Assembly: GCA_965224025.1 (NCBI GenBank)
Contig: OZ245033.1
Location: 3,616,001-3,680,000, forward strand
Direction of reading: 5' to 3'
Length of the DNA stretch: 64,000 bases
Origin: Candidatus Multivorans sp.
GTDB lineage: Bacteria > Acidobacteriota > Thermoanaerobaculia > Multivoradales > Multivoraceae
The notes under the pieces were generated by a model. The model had not been told where the DNA came from and did not search any database. It worked only from the letters and a program-made list of their open reading frames with translations. The translations under genes were made by a program, and so were the position numbers. Of the stretch, positions 1-10,358 are shown piece by piece (the first letter of the stretch is position 1; every line of letters begins with the position of its first letter).

Positions 1-1530
1 GCGGTCCCAGGCCTCGGCGTAGTAGGAGATCGAGTCGCCGATCTCGAGATCCATCTCTTCCAGGAAGAGCGTATGCCCGGCGGTGACCTTCTTCATCGAA
101 GAGCGGCTGTCCAACAGGTTCAGCGCGATCTCCTCGCCGCCGTTCACCGTGTAGCGGATGCCCAGACGACTCACACCGTAGTCGTCCTCGGCTTCCACCT
201 GGGCGAACACTTCATCCACCAGGGTCACCTGGATGTCCCGGCCGGGACTGGTGAAACGGACGATCGGGGGCTGGTCCTCGAGCGCGGTGATCATGTACTC
301 CGCCGAAGCCCGGTGCCACCGGCCCTCGTCGTCCATCAACTCGATGCGGTAGTACGTGTTGCCGCTGATCGTGTAGGCGGCCGACAGTCTTTCACCTCCG
401 GAACCGAGGTCGATCGGCGCCTCGTCCTCGATCAGGAGCCGTCCTTCCGGCACCTCGAAGATCGGCAGGATGCTGAACAGGACCTCCGTGCCCTCGAGCA
501 CGGCGATGTCTCCGCCGTCCTCGACCGTCCGGTCGGACAGACCGCTGTACTCGGGGAACCTGTACTCCAGGTCGATCCGGTCCACGTAGGGCAGATCCTT
601 GACCCGGATGCGGTAGATCGACGAGCGCACGCCGGACGCGTCGACGTAGTAGTCGGTGTCCGCGCGCAGGTTCAGGGCAATGAAGTCGTGGGTAGCCCGC
701 ACATCGCCGATCATCAGCTCGGCGTCGAGGTCGATCTCGGCGTTCACGCGGTTCATGGGCCACTGCTGCCAGTCGCCCCGCGCGTCGCCGCTCGCATCCA
801 GCGGGCGGAGTCCGACCTCGACGCGCTCCGGATCGAAACCCAGCACGGCCGCGCTGATCAACTGGTCCGATCCCCGCGCCACGGTCGCGTTGCCGGGCCC
901 CACTCGCAACTGGTAGGGATTGTCCGCAGCGGCCGCCCGCCAGGGCGCGAACAGCAGCATGGCGCCGTGTTGCAGGAAGGCGGGGCTGAGCAGTACCGCG
1001 GCCATGCCGGCGCTCGCCACGCCCGCCAGGGCTGCCGAGAAGCGGCGAAGCGATCCGCGCTCGATCCGGGAAGCAAAGCCGCTGTTCTGGCAGCGCTCGA
1101 TCGCTTCTTCCAGGACCCGCCGCTGGAGTTCGGGCGATACTCGCTCCGTGTCGCGGGGCGAATCCTGCTGCACCGGTCCGAGTTCAACCGCGCTCAGGAC
1201 CGAGGCCTTGAGCGTCGGTTCGTGCTCTTCGACGTAGAGCGCCACCTGCTGCCTGGACACCTGCTGAACCAGGGGCGCCGCCAGCAGCCGGACGGCAAGC
1301 GCGATCAGGGCCAGGTAGGTGAGCCAGCGGAAGACAGAGACCGCCCGCTCGCTGTAGAGGAAGTAGTCCATGCCCCATACGGAGATCGCAAAGGCGGCGA
1401 ACCCGGCCGCCGCCAGCATGACGAGGCCGCGCAAGGCCACCTTCACCCGCCAGCGCGCGCGCACGCGCCGAACGACGCTCATCAGTTCGCCGTAAGTCGG
1501 GTCGTAGATGGGATCGAAGCTGGCTGCCAT
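1..1530 (-). CDS. DUF4175-like membrane-anchored protein, N-terminal part (runs off the left edge; absent from the ORF track)
   Basis: ATG at 1530-1528 overlaps the TGA of the upstream gene (TGATG). Reads MAASFDPIYDPTYGELMSVVRRVRARWRVKVALRGL with TM segments, and ends at the edge in ...HTLFLEEMDLEIGDSISYYAEAWDR, typical of DUF4175-type proteins in MoxR operons. Confidence 0.75.
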   Translation of the reverse strand, partial: MAASFDPIYDPTYGELMSVVRRVRARWRVKVALRGLVMLAAAGFAAFAISVWGMDYFLYSERAVSVFRWLTYLALIALAVRLLAAPLVQQVSRQQVALYVEEHEPTLKASVLSAVELGPVQQDSPRDTERVSPELQRRVLEEAIERCQNSGFASRIERGSLRRFSAALAGVASAGMAAVLLSPAFLQHGAMLLFAPWRAAAADNPYQLRVGPGNATVARGSDQLISAAVLGFDPERVEVGLRPLDASGDARGDWQQWPMNRVNAEIDLDAELMIGDVRATHDFIALNLRADTDYYVDASGVRSSIYRIRVKDLPYVDRIDLEYRFPEYSGLSDRTVEDGGDIAVLEGTEVLFSILPIFEVPEGRLLIEDEAPIDLGSGGERLSAAYTISGNTYYRIELMDDEGRWHRASAEYMITALEDQPPIVRFTSPGRDIQVTLVDEVFAQVEAEDDYGVSRLGIRYTVNGGEEIALNLLDSRSSMKKVTAGHTLFLEEMDLEIGDSISYYAEAWDR

Positions 1531-3740
1531 CAAGTCTCCTCGCCGGTGGGGCTCCATGCTGTCACGATCGGCGCCGCGGCGGCCCGCCGGCGGTTGCCGA
1601 ACAGGCCCTCCGCCCCCAGAACCGCCGCCGCCGCGGCGATCAGATACCACCAGAGGCGCTGCCGCCGCTCCCGCTCCTCGGGCGTCACAGCGCTCTCCAG
1701 GTCGGCCGCTGTCTCTTCAGCCTGTTCCGGTCTGATGCGGGACGTGAACTCGTCGAGGTCCAGTGCGCCCAGGTTCGACTCCAACACCGGCACGTTGGCC
1801 GCAAGCGTCAGGCGCTCGGCTGTGACGTCCGCCCGGACTTCACGAAAGTCGTAGAAGCCCGGTTCCTCCACATCGAGCAGAAGATCACTTCCACCTGTGC
1901 CGAGGCGGCGTTCGCTGCCGGACGGAGCGACCGAGATGTAGCCGTCATCCTCGCCTCCCGCCGGTCCGGGCAACTCGACCGAGGCGACCTCGCCGACGCG
2001 GTACCACGAACGGGGCAACGAGTAACCGGCCAGGTACTGGACCGAACGATGCATGAAGGGCAGGAACACCGCCTGGACAGGCAGGGTGTTCCAGAACGTG
2101 TCGAACGACGTGGGCAACACGAGGACGCGCCCGCGCGCGCCGGCGACGGCATTGGAGACCCGGTCCTCCGACGCCGCGGGCATCAGGTCGAGCAGAGCCG
2201 GCGAGCCGTCGTCGAAGAGGGCGATCGCGACCGCGCCTTCGGGCGTCTCCAGCCGGTGGTAGCGGAAGAACGACGCCGACGAGAAGTCGCCGCTGCGGGC
2301 CGCGGCGAAGACGTCGAAGACCGGGTGGCCGGTATCGAACCAGGCCAGGGAACCGGGCGTGCCGGATAGCCGGTCCACCTGCTGCGAGCTTTCGACCCGG
2401 AACTCCCCAAGCAGAGCCGAAGTCGAGTTCAGACCGCGCTCGACGCCGAGCAGCAGGCCGCCACCTTCGCGGACGAAGCGGACGACCGCCGCGACGGCCG
2501 CGGAGGAAAGCTGCTGCGCCGCGTCGTTGATCACGAGGACGGACTTGCCTTCCAGCATCGTCGGCTCAACACCGGAAGCCTGAACTCTGTTCACCCTCAG
2601 GAACGGACGGCGGCCGAGCGACAGCGCCTCCTCGAGGTAACGCCCGCGGCGCCGGTCACCGCCGGGCTCGATGACCAGCACACCGACTTCGTGCGCGGGA
2701 GACAGCACGAAGTGGAACTCGTTGTCGGTGTCCAAAGCGTCCTCGCGGAGCCGCACCGTGCCCCGTGTGGTGCGTTCCCGCTCCAGGACCTCGGGCGCGA
2801 AGTTGACCATCGTCGACGAGTCGAGCGGCAGCTCCACAGCCCGGGTCTGGATGACCTCTCCGTCGAAGAGCAGGTCGACTTCCGCCTGCAGAGTTCCGAC
2901 CGCTCCATCTTCGCCGGCCGAGTCGTCCTCCTCGGCTGCTCCGCCGATGCCCTGGTAGCTCACGCGCGCCGCGATGCCCACCCGTTCGCGGTCGCCCCCT
3001 CCGGATTCGGAGGAAGACACACGAGAGTGATCGAACACCACGTCGGTGACGGCCGCATTGCCCTCGTCCTCTTCCTCCGAACGGACATCGACCAGACGCA
3101 GTTCGACGCCCTGGGGCAATGACGCCGCGTTGTCGGGCGCCCAGGACGAACGCTGGAAGTCGCTGACGATCACCAGCTCCCTCACGGCCAGGCTTTCCGC
3201 CTCCGCGAGCACCCCGCGGGCCACCTGAATCGCCGGCAGCAGGGACGTGGCGCGGGGGACGATTTCCGCCTCCCTCGCCAGCGTCGCCAGCAAAGATCCG
3301 TCCGACGTCGGCGCACTTACCATCTCCGCCTGATCCGAGTAGACGATCAGGGCGCCGCGATCTCCCGTACCCAGCCCGTCGAACTCCCTAGCCGCCGCCG
3401 TCACGGCACGCCGCCACCTGTCTCCGAAGCCCATACTGAACGAGTTGTCCAGCAGCACGAAGGTCAGCCGGTTGACGGCGGCGGCGTTGGCCGCTCCGTC
3501 GCCCTGAAACAGAGGCCGCGCAAAGGCCACCGCCAGGAGCGCCAGCGCCAGGCATCGCAGGGCCAGAAGCAGAAGATCGCGCAGACGGCGCCGGCGTACC
3601 GAGCGGTACGGCGCCCTGGAGATGAACATCAGGGACGGGAACGCGACCACCTGACTGCGGTGACGCAAGCGCATGTGGATGATCACCGGCACCGCGACCG
3701 CGGCCAGACCGATCAGGAACAGGGGCGCCAGCAGACCCAT
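1530..3740 (-). CDS. BatA N-terminal double-TM + vWA domain membrane protein
   Basis: N-terminus 'LAPLFLIGLAAVAVPVIIH...FPSLMF...LLLALRCLALALLAVAFARP' (BatA motif), MIDAS DNSFS, C-terminal 'LWWYL' TM. Confidence 0.9.
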   Translation of the reverse strand: MGLLAPLFLIGLAAVAVPVIIHMRLRHRSQVVAFPSLMFISRAPYRSVRRRRLRDLLLLALRCLALALLAVAFARPLFQGDGAANAAAVNRLTFVLLDNSFSMGFGDRWRRAVTAAAREFDGLGTGDRGALIVYSDQAEMVSAPTSDGSLLATLAREAEIVPRATSLLPAIQVARGVLAEAESLAVRELVIVSDFQRSSWAPDNAASLPQGVELRLVDVRSEEEDEGNAAVTDVVFDHSRVSSSESGGGDRERVGIAARVSYQGIGGAAEEDDSAGEDGAVGTLQAEVDLLFDGEVIQTRAVELPLDSSTMVNFAPEVLERERTTRGTVRLREDALDTDNEFHFVLSPAHEVGVLVIEPGGDRRRGRYLEEALSLGRRPFLRVNRVQASGVEPTMLEGKSVLVINDAAQQLSSAAVAAVVRFVREGGGLLLGVERGLNSTSALLGEFRVESSQQVDRLSGTPGSLAWFDTGHPVFDVFAAARSGDFSSASFFRYHRLETPEGAVAIALFDDGSPALLDLMPAASEDRVSNAVAGARGRVLVLPTSFDTFWNTLPVQAVFLPFMHRSVQYLAGYSLPRSWYRVGEVASVELPGPAGGEDDGYISVAPSGSERRLGTGGSDLLLDVEEPGFYDFREVRADVTAERLTLAANVPVLESNLGALDLDEFTSRIRPEQAEETAADLESAVTPEERERRQRLWWYLIAAAAAVLGAEGLFGNRRRAAAAPIVTAWSPTGEET

Positions 3741-3746
3741 GGTTCC

Positions 3747-4636
3747 CTACCTTGCCCTCATCGCGTACAGGCGCGCCGACAGGTAGCTGTACAGCGCCGC
3801 GTCCAGGGGCTGCGACGTGTCGACCAGCGTGTAGTCGATGCCGGCCTCGACCAGTGACCGGTCGAGGGTCTGCGTGTGCTCGCGAATCAAGTCCAGGTAC
3901 TGGTCTCGCAGCACGTCCGGCATCACCGCCTGCCGCGTACCCGTCTCCAGGTCACGCAGGTCCAGTTCGCCCTCGAAGTCGAAGCGGAGTTCCGCCGGAT
4001 CGAGAAGGTGGAAGAGGATGACGTCGTTGCCCTTGTGCCGGAACCCCGCGGCCGCCTTGATCACCGTCTCGGGATCCTCGTAGAAGTCCGAGATCAGAAC
4101 CACCATGCTCCGCCGGCGCACCGAATCCACGACATCGAGCAGCGGTTCGCGCAGGCTGCCTCCCCCGCCCGGCTCGATGCGGTCGATCGTGTGCAGGACG
4201 ACCTGGAGGTGCTTGGCCGCCGGGGGAACGAAGTCGACGATCGAGCTGTCGAAAGTCACCAGGCCGATGCGGTCCTTCTGCTTGGACGCGAAGTAGCCCA
4301 GGCACGCCGCGAGGTAACGCCCGTAGTCCAGCTTGGTCAGCGCCCCGGTGCCGAAGTCCATCGAGCGGGAGACGTCGAGTGCAATGGTCAGGTTGGTGTT
4401 CGTGTCCGCCTCGAACTCCTTGACGTAGAACCGGTCCGTGCGGCAGAAGAGCTTCCAGTCGACGCGGCGGATGTCGTCGCCGGGCTGATAGGCGCGGTAC
4501 TCGGCGAAGTCCATCGAACGCCCCAGGAACGGCGAGCGGTGCAGACCGCTGACGAAGCCCTCGACCACCGCCCTGGCGAGCAGGTCCAGGCTGCTGATGC
4601 GACTCAGCGTCTCCGTGTCGACGAACCTGCCGTAGC

Positions 4637-4640
<4 letters not shown>
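3747..4640 (-). CDS. DUF58 domain protein (MoxR partner)
   Basis: Motifs GLHRS, FAEYRAYQPGDDIRRVDWK, DVSRSM, VLISDF. Confidence 0.93.
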
Positions 4641-5710
<1,070 letters not shown>

Positions 5711-5747
5711 TGCTCGGGGATCAGATCCGTGCCGCTCCCCGAACGGT

Positions 5748-6551
5748 TCAGTGAGTCATGCCGTAGATCAGGTAGTTCACGCCCAGCTTGAAGCCCTTCT
5801 GGGTCACGTCCACCGGGTAGTAGGCGAATTCCGACCATTCCCAGAAGTCGCCGATGTCCATGTTGTAGTTGATGACGGCCATCAGCCGCCCGGTCGGGTC
5901 ATTGTCCTCGAAGACGCCGTAGATCTTGCCCCGCACCGGAAAGATGCCGGGAAGGTCGAGATCGAAGTTGATATCCTCAAGATGGAAGAAAACCCGGAAC
6001 ACCGGATGATCGATCGTCATCGGAACCAGCTCGTATCCGGGAAGGAGCCGCCCCATCTGCCGCTCGATGTTCTCCCAGTAGATCGGATAGCCAGGCCGGT
6101 CGAAGATGTCGTCGACCATCAGGAATCCGCCCTTGAGCAGGTAGGAGCGGAGGTTCGCGAGTCCCTCCTCGGTCGGGTTCCAGAACCCCGCCTCGCAGAG
6201 ATAGGCCCAGGGATGCTCGAAGAGCCGCGGATCGGTCAACGCCAGCACGTTGCCGCCGCCCGTGAAGACGTCGATGTGGGTCATTTCCTCGACGATCCGG
6301 GTGAAGTTCTCCTCCGCCATTGGATAGTCGTGGTTCCACTTGAGATCCAGGCCCCACATGAACGGGCCGCCGCCCCACTCCGTCGGCTCGAACTTGATTC
6401 GGGCGAAGGTGAAGCCGCCCGTGTAGGGAAACGACGGCGTCTCCACCTTGGGGGCCTTCCAGAAGTCGTCCCGGGCAAACAGGGCGCCGGCCAGCGCGGC
6501 GAGCGCGACGAGACCCGCCAGTACAGGGCGGCCGCTCCGCAACAGGATCAC
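5748..6551 (-). CDS. DUF4159 domain protein (secreted), copy A
   Basis: Signal peptide, W..DYP.A, LRSYLLKGGFLMVDD, HPVF, GRLMAVINYNMDIGDFWEW, GVNYLIYGMTH. Confidence 0.9.
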   Translation of the reverse strand: MILLRSGRPVLAGLVALAALAGALFARDDFWKAPKVETPSFPYTGGFTFARIKFEPTEWGGGPFMWGLDLKWNHDYPMAEENFTRIVEEMTHIDVFTGGGNVLALTDPRLFEHPWAYLCEAGFWNPTEEGLANLRSYLLKGGFLMVDDIFDRPGYPIYWENIERQMGRLLPGYELVPMTIDHPVFRVFFHLEDINFDLDLPGIFPVRGKIYGVFEDNDPTGRLMAVINYNMDIGDFWEWSEFAYYPVDVTQKGFKLGVNYLIYGMTH

Positions 6552-9316
6552 GAGCCCTTCCCGCCTGGGAACGCGGGCGTCTCGCCCGAATCCGGCCGAG
6601 CGTCCTTCCCTACCAGGTCGAGCAGGAGTTCCTGCGCCGGGTCGTACCGGGGCGCCACCTCGAGCGCCCGCAGCACGGTCCGGCGCGCACGCTCGAGCTG
6701 ACCGGCGTCACGCTGCGCCAGCGCCAGTTCGTACAGCGCGACCGCGCGATCGGGCGGATCGAGAGCGACCAGGGCCGCGCGTTCGCGCACGGCGAGGCCG
6801 AAGCGCCCGGAAGCCGAGGCGAGTTCGGCAAGACGGCGGTGCACGTCAAGATCGTAGGGCGAAATGTAGAGCGCCCGCTCCAGGATCTCGGCCTCCTGCT
6901 CGTCGCGGCCGGCGCCGGCGAGCAGCTCGGCAAGAGCCAGGTGCTCATCCCAGGCCATCTCGTTGCTTGCCACCAGCGTCATGAGCGCCGCGATCGCCTC
7001 CTCCTCGCGTTCCTGTTGCCGGTAGATTTCAGCCAGCAGAGTGTAGGCGTTTCCGACGCCGACGTACTCCGGGAACAGGTTGCGACCCCGCACCAGCGGC
7101 GCCTCCGCCTCGGCGATGCGCTCCTCCCGGAACAGCGCGTAACCGTACGTCATCTGGATTCTGAAATCGTCCGGATTCTCCTTCGCCGCCCGCGCCAGTG
7201 CCTCGAGATTCGGTTCGCGGTGCTCGAACGGGTTTCGCGTCGGCGCGCGGGACGGTCCGCCCTCGCCGGATTCCGGCCCTTCCTCGTCGGGCTCGGGCGG
7301 CGCATCGCCGAGTGCCGTCATGGCGCCGCCGAAGAGCGCGCGGAGATGGCCGAAGAACCGTTCGTCGAAGTCTTCGAGAGCGAGGGACATCGCCTCCTCA
7401 AACACCTCCTCCGTGCTCCTGCCGTCGCGATAGCCCGCGAGCATCGTTCGAATCGCGTCGAAGCCGTAGTTCTCCTCGATCCAGTCGCAGATCAGGGACG
7501 CCTGGAAATAGGACAGCGCAATCTGGTTCGGGAACTTCGGTCGCACGAAGCCGTCGTTGATCTCGGCGATGCCCAGCAGCTCCTGGTCGCGCAGCGCGGT
7601 GAGGAAGCCCACCTGCACGTCGTCACCCCAGCCGGGCCGCGCCCGCCGCTCCTCGAACACGGACAGACCCTCGGTCAACCAGCGGGGGATCTTCGCGTCG
7701 GTGGCGAGCAGGGTGAACGTGTGGGCGATCTCGTGCCAGAGGGTGCCGCCCCAGTTGAAGTGGCCCACCTGACGCGCCGACGGCGAGTCGAGAGCCACCA
7801 CCGGGCCGAAGCAGACGCCGAGCGCGCCGAGCCCGGCCAACCCGACGGTGCGAACCGAGAAGTCGGCGTGCGACGGATAGACCTCCACCCTGATAGGCGC
7901 CGGGGGCTCGAAGCGGTAGCGCTCGGAGAGCGTCGCCCAGGCCTCCTCGGCCAGCTCGACCATGTACGGCGCCAGCAGGTCCGCCTCGCGGTCATGAATG
8001 TGGAACCCGAAGTGCTCGCTCTCGACCTTCCGGTAGTCGCCGAAGGTGTCGAGCAGGTCGAGCGTGTTCTTGGTCCAGACGTTGTAGGGGTCGCCGGCGA
8101 AGGAGGTTTCAAGAGCGGCCCGTCCGGCCTCGATGTCGCCCAGCCGGAGCTGGTTCATGCCCAGCAGTCCGTAGCCGCGCCAGGACTTCGGATCGACGCG
8201 CACCGCCTCCGCCGCGAAATCGCGCGCCTGCGGGTAGAGCCGGTTGTCAACGCTGGCATCGGCCAGGTCGTTGAACAGATCGGCGTAGCTTGGGTTGTCG
8301 GCCAGCACGCCGTTCCGGAGACGCACAAAGTCCTCGCCGCGCCCCTCGAGGAACGCCGCCGCCGCCAGCAGCGTCCGGGCCGTGAGCGAACCTGGATCGA
8401 CCTCAAGCGCCTTCTCGGCCTCCTCCCGCGCCTCCCCGAACCGCTCCGCCTGAAATCGGAGCCGCGCCTGGAACACGCGCGCCGGAATCAGGTTCGGGTT
8501 GATCTCCAGGGCCGAGTCGAGGACTCCCTGGGCTCGCGGATTGCCGTCGAACCGCATCGTTCGCGCCATCGCGAGCAGCGCCTCCGGATGGCGCGGGTTC
8601 GACCGCAGCACGTCGGCCAGCGACGTACGCGCCTGGGTGCTGTCGTACTTCTCGAGGAACAGCTCGCCGATCCGGATGCGAGGCGCCGGCCAGGAGGGGG
8701 CTAGTTCCACCGACTCGTCGTAGGCGCGCAGGGCGTCCTTGAACAGCTCCGGATCGTCGCGCCCCAGCAACTGGCAGGCCTCCCCCACCGCCACGAGTTC
8801 CTCGGCCGTGTCGGCGGCGCCACGGTTGTAGGCGTCGATCATCTCGTAGAAGCCAGCCGTAGCCTCCTCGATTTCGCCCCGGTCCCAGGCAAGCTGGGCG
8901 AGTTCGAACGAAGCGAGAAGCGCGTCCGCACCCCGGGCGGCACGGGCCTCCTCGAAGGAGCGCCGGGCCTCCTCCCGGTCGCCGCCAAGGAGCGCGACCC
9001 TGCCCCTCAGCACGCCGAGACCGAGAGCCGGCGCGTCGACGCCGTCGAACGCTGCGGCCGCCTCCTCGTAGCGGCCAGTCGAGGTCAGCGCCTCCACGCG
9101 CAACCTCAGCGCCCGGGGATCGCCCGCCTCGCCGGCCCGCGCGTCGAGCTGCTCCACCGCTTCGTCGTAGCGGCCGGTCAGGATCCACTGTTCGATGTCG
9201 TCCAGCGACACCGGCTCGTCCTGAGCCGCGGTGGTCGCGGGCGACCCGAAGACCACCGCCAGAGAGACGACCGCCAGTCCGATCCACTGGCGGGTCGAAT
9301 CGATTCGGGCGTTCAT
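6548..9316 (-). CDS. Secreted TPR-repeat protein with central peptidase MA-like (gluzincin) domain
   Basis: Signal peptide, many TPR-like repeats, HEIAH (HExxH) followed by PRWLTEGLS. Confidence 0.85.
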   Translation of the reverse strand: MNARIDSTRQWIGLAVVSLAVVFGSPATTAAQDEPVSLDDIEQWILTGRYDEAVEQLDARAGEAGDPRALRLRVEALTSTGRYEEAAAAFDGVDAPALGLGVLRGRVALLGGDREEARRSFEEARAARGADALLASFELAQLAWDRGEIEEATAGFYEMIDAYNRGAADTAEELVAVGEACQLLGRDDPELFKDALRAYDESVELAPSWPAPRIRIGELFLEKYDSTQARTSLADVLRSNPRHPEALLAMARTMRFDGNPRAQGVLDSALEINPNLIPARVFQARLRFQAERFGEAREEAEKALEVDPGSLTARTLLAAAAFLEGRGEDFVRLRNGVLADNPSYADLFNDLADASVDNRLYPQARDFAAEAVRVDPKSWRGYGLLGMNQLRLGDIEAGRAALETSFAGDPYNVWTKNTLDLLDTFGDYRKVESEHFGFHIHDREADLLAPYMVELAEEAWATLSERYRFEPPAPIRVEVYPSHADFSVRTVGLAGLGALGVCFGPVVALDSPSARQVGHFNWGGTLWHEIAHTFTLLATDAKIPRWLTEGLSVFEERRARPGWGDDVQVGFLTALRDQELLGIAEINDGFVRPKFPNQIALSYFQASLICDWIEENYGFDAIRTMLAGYRDGRSTEEVFEEAMSLALEDFDERFFGHLRALFGGAMTALGDAPPEPDEEGPESGEGGPSRAPTRNPFEHREPNLEALARAAKENPDDFRIQMTYGYALFREERIAEAEAPLVRGRNLFPEYVGVGNAYTLLAEIYRQQEREEEAIAALMTLVASNEMAWDEHLALAELLAGAGRDEQEAEILERALYISPYDLDVHRRLAELASASGRFGLAVRERAALVALDPPDRAVALYELALAQRDAGQLERARRTVLRALEVAPRYDPAQELLLDLVGKDARPDSGETPAFPGGKGS

Positions 9317-10344
9317 CGGTCCGGCTCCCCATTGGCGCCATCCGGACCATCGCCTCCGCCGTCCTCCTCCCCGGCCTCCTCAAGCTCCCGGTCGACCAGG
9401 GCCAGTTCCACCATCAGATCCTGGAGCTCGCTGAGATAGACCTCCTCGTCGAGCGTCTCCCGCTGCAGCCGGAGTTCGTCGATCCGGCGCTCGATTTCGC
9501 CGCGCCGCAGGGCGAGTTCCCGGCTCTCCGCCGTCAGCGCTTCCGGAAGCGCTTCCTCGCCGAGGAGAACAAGACTCGCAAGCCTCCCGTCGACCGGTTC
9601 GGAGGCACCGACGCCCGCCGGTTCCAGGCTTCCCTCACCGTCGCCGTCGTCCTCGAGAAGCGCATGTTCGGTGCGGATCTGTCCAGCCTGCCGGTAGTAG
9701 CGCTCAACCTCGCGCTGAGCGAACTCGAAAGCCTCGAGGGCGGACGTGCGCCCGTCCTTGTTCCGGTCTCCCGCGGCCCCGTCTAAGGCCTCCGCGATGT
9801 AACCGCCGAACAGCGCCTCGTTGCCCTGCGCGCCCGACCTGGTCGCGGTGATCACCACCCGGCCCTCCTTCGCCAGCGGCGCGATGAAGCCGCCGGATGC
9901 GGAACTCGCGTTGATGAACACCAGGCGGCGGTCCGCGAGCGGCTCGAGCGCGGCGGCGTACTGCTCGGCCACGAGATCCCGCCCCGGCAGGTTGAATCGC
10001 GGCGGGCCCGCCGAGCCGCTGCCGTGCCCGAAGAGCAGGATCCACAGATTGTCGCCGGCGCTCGACCGCTTGCTGAGCGCCTCGATCTCCGCGAGCAGGT
10101 TCTCGCCCGTGGAACGGCCCCGGATCCGTTCCGGATCGAGGTCCGGACGTTCGCCGAGGTAGACCACGTTGTCCTCGCTCAGGCCCGCTTCGAGCGCGGC
10201 CTCCACCACCCGTGTCGCCCAGGCGTGGAAACGCTCCGTGTAGACCTGCTCGCCGCCAACTCCGGTCACCACCAGAAGGTGGCTCTCCGCGCCGAGCGGG
10301 GCGACGGCAAGCGAGCACGCGAATGCCGCCACCGGCAACCCCAT
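9313..10344 (-). CDS. Secreted caspase/C13-fold-like hypothetical protein
   Basis: Signal peptide (start uncertain: MGLPVAAF or the GTG near 10362), ILLFGHG, FINASSASGGF, VITAT, D.NKDG.TSALEAF, C-terminal coiled coil. Confidence 0.7.
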   Translation of the reverse strand: MGLPVAAFACSLAVAPLGAESHLLVVTGVGGEQVYTERFHAWATRVVEAALEAGLSEDNVVYLGERPDLDPERIRGRSTGENLLAEIEALSKRSSAGDNLWILLFGHGSGSAGPPRFNLPGRDLVAEQYAAALEPLADRRLVFINASSASGGFIAPLAKEGRVVITATRSGAQGNEALFGGYIAEALDGAAGDRNKDGRTSALEAFEFAQREVERYYRQAGQIRTEHALLEDDGDGEGSLEPAGVGASEPVDGRLASLVLLGEEALPEALTAESRELALRRGEIERRIDELRLQRETLDEEVYLSELQDLMVELALVDRELEEAGEEDGGGDGPDGANGEPDR

Positions 10345-10358
10345 GCGTCCGCGGCGGC

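Noticed and set aside
73-1854. 593-aa plus-strand ORF
   Set aside because: Antisense shadow of the real minus-strand DUF4175-like and BatA genes; no recognisable motifs.
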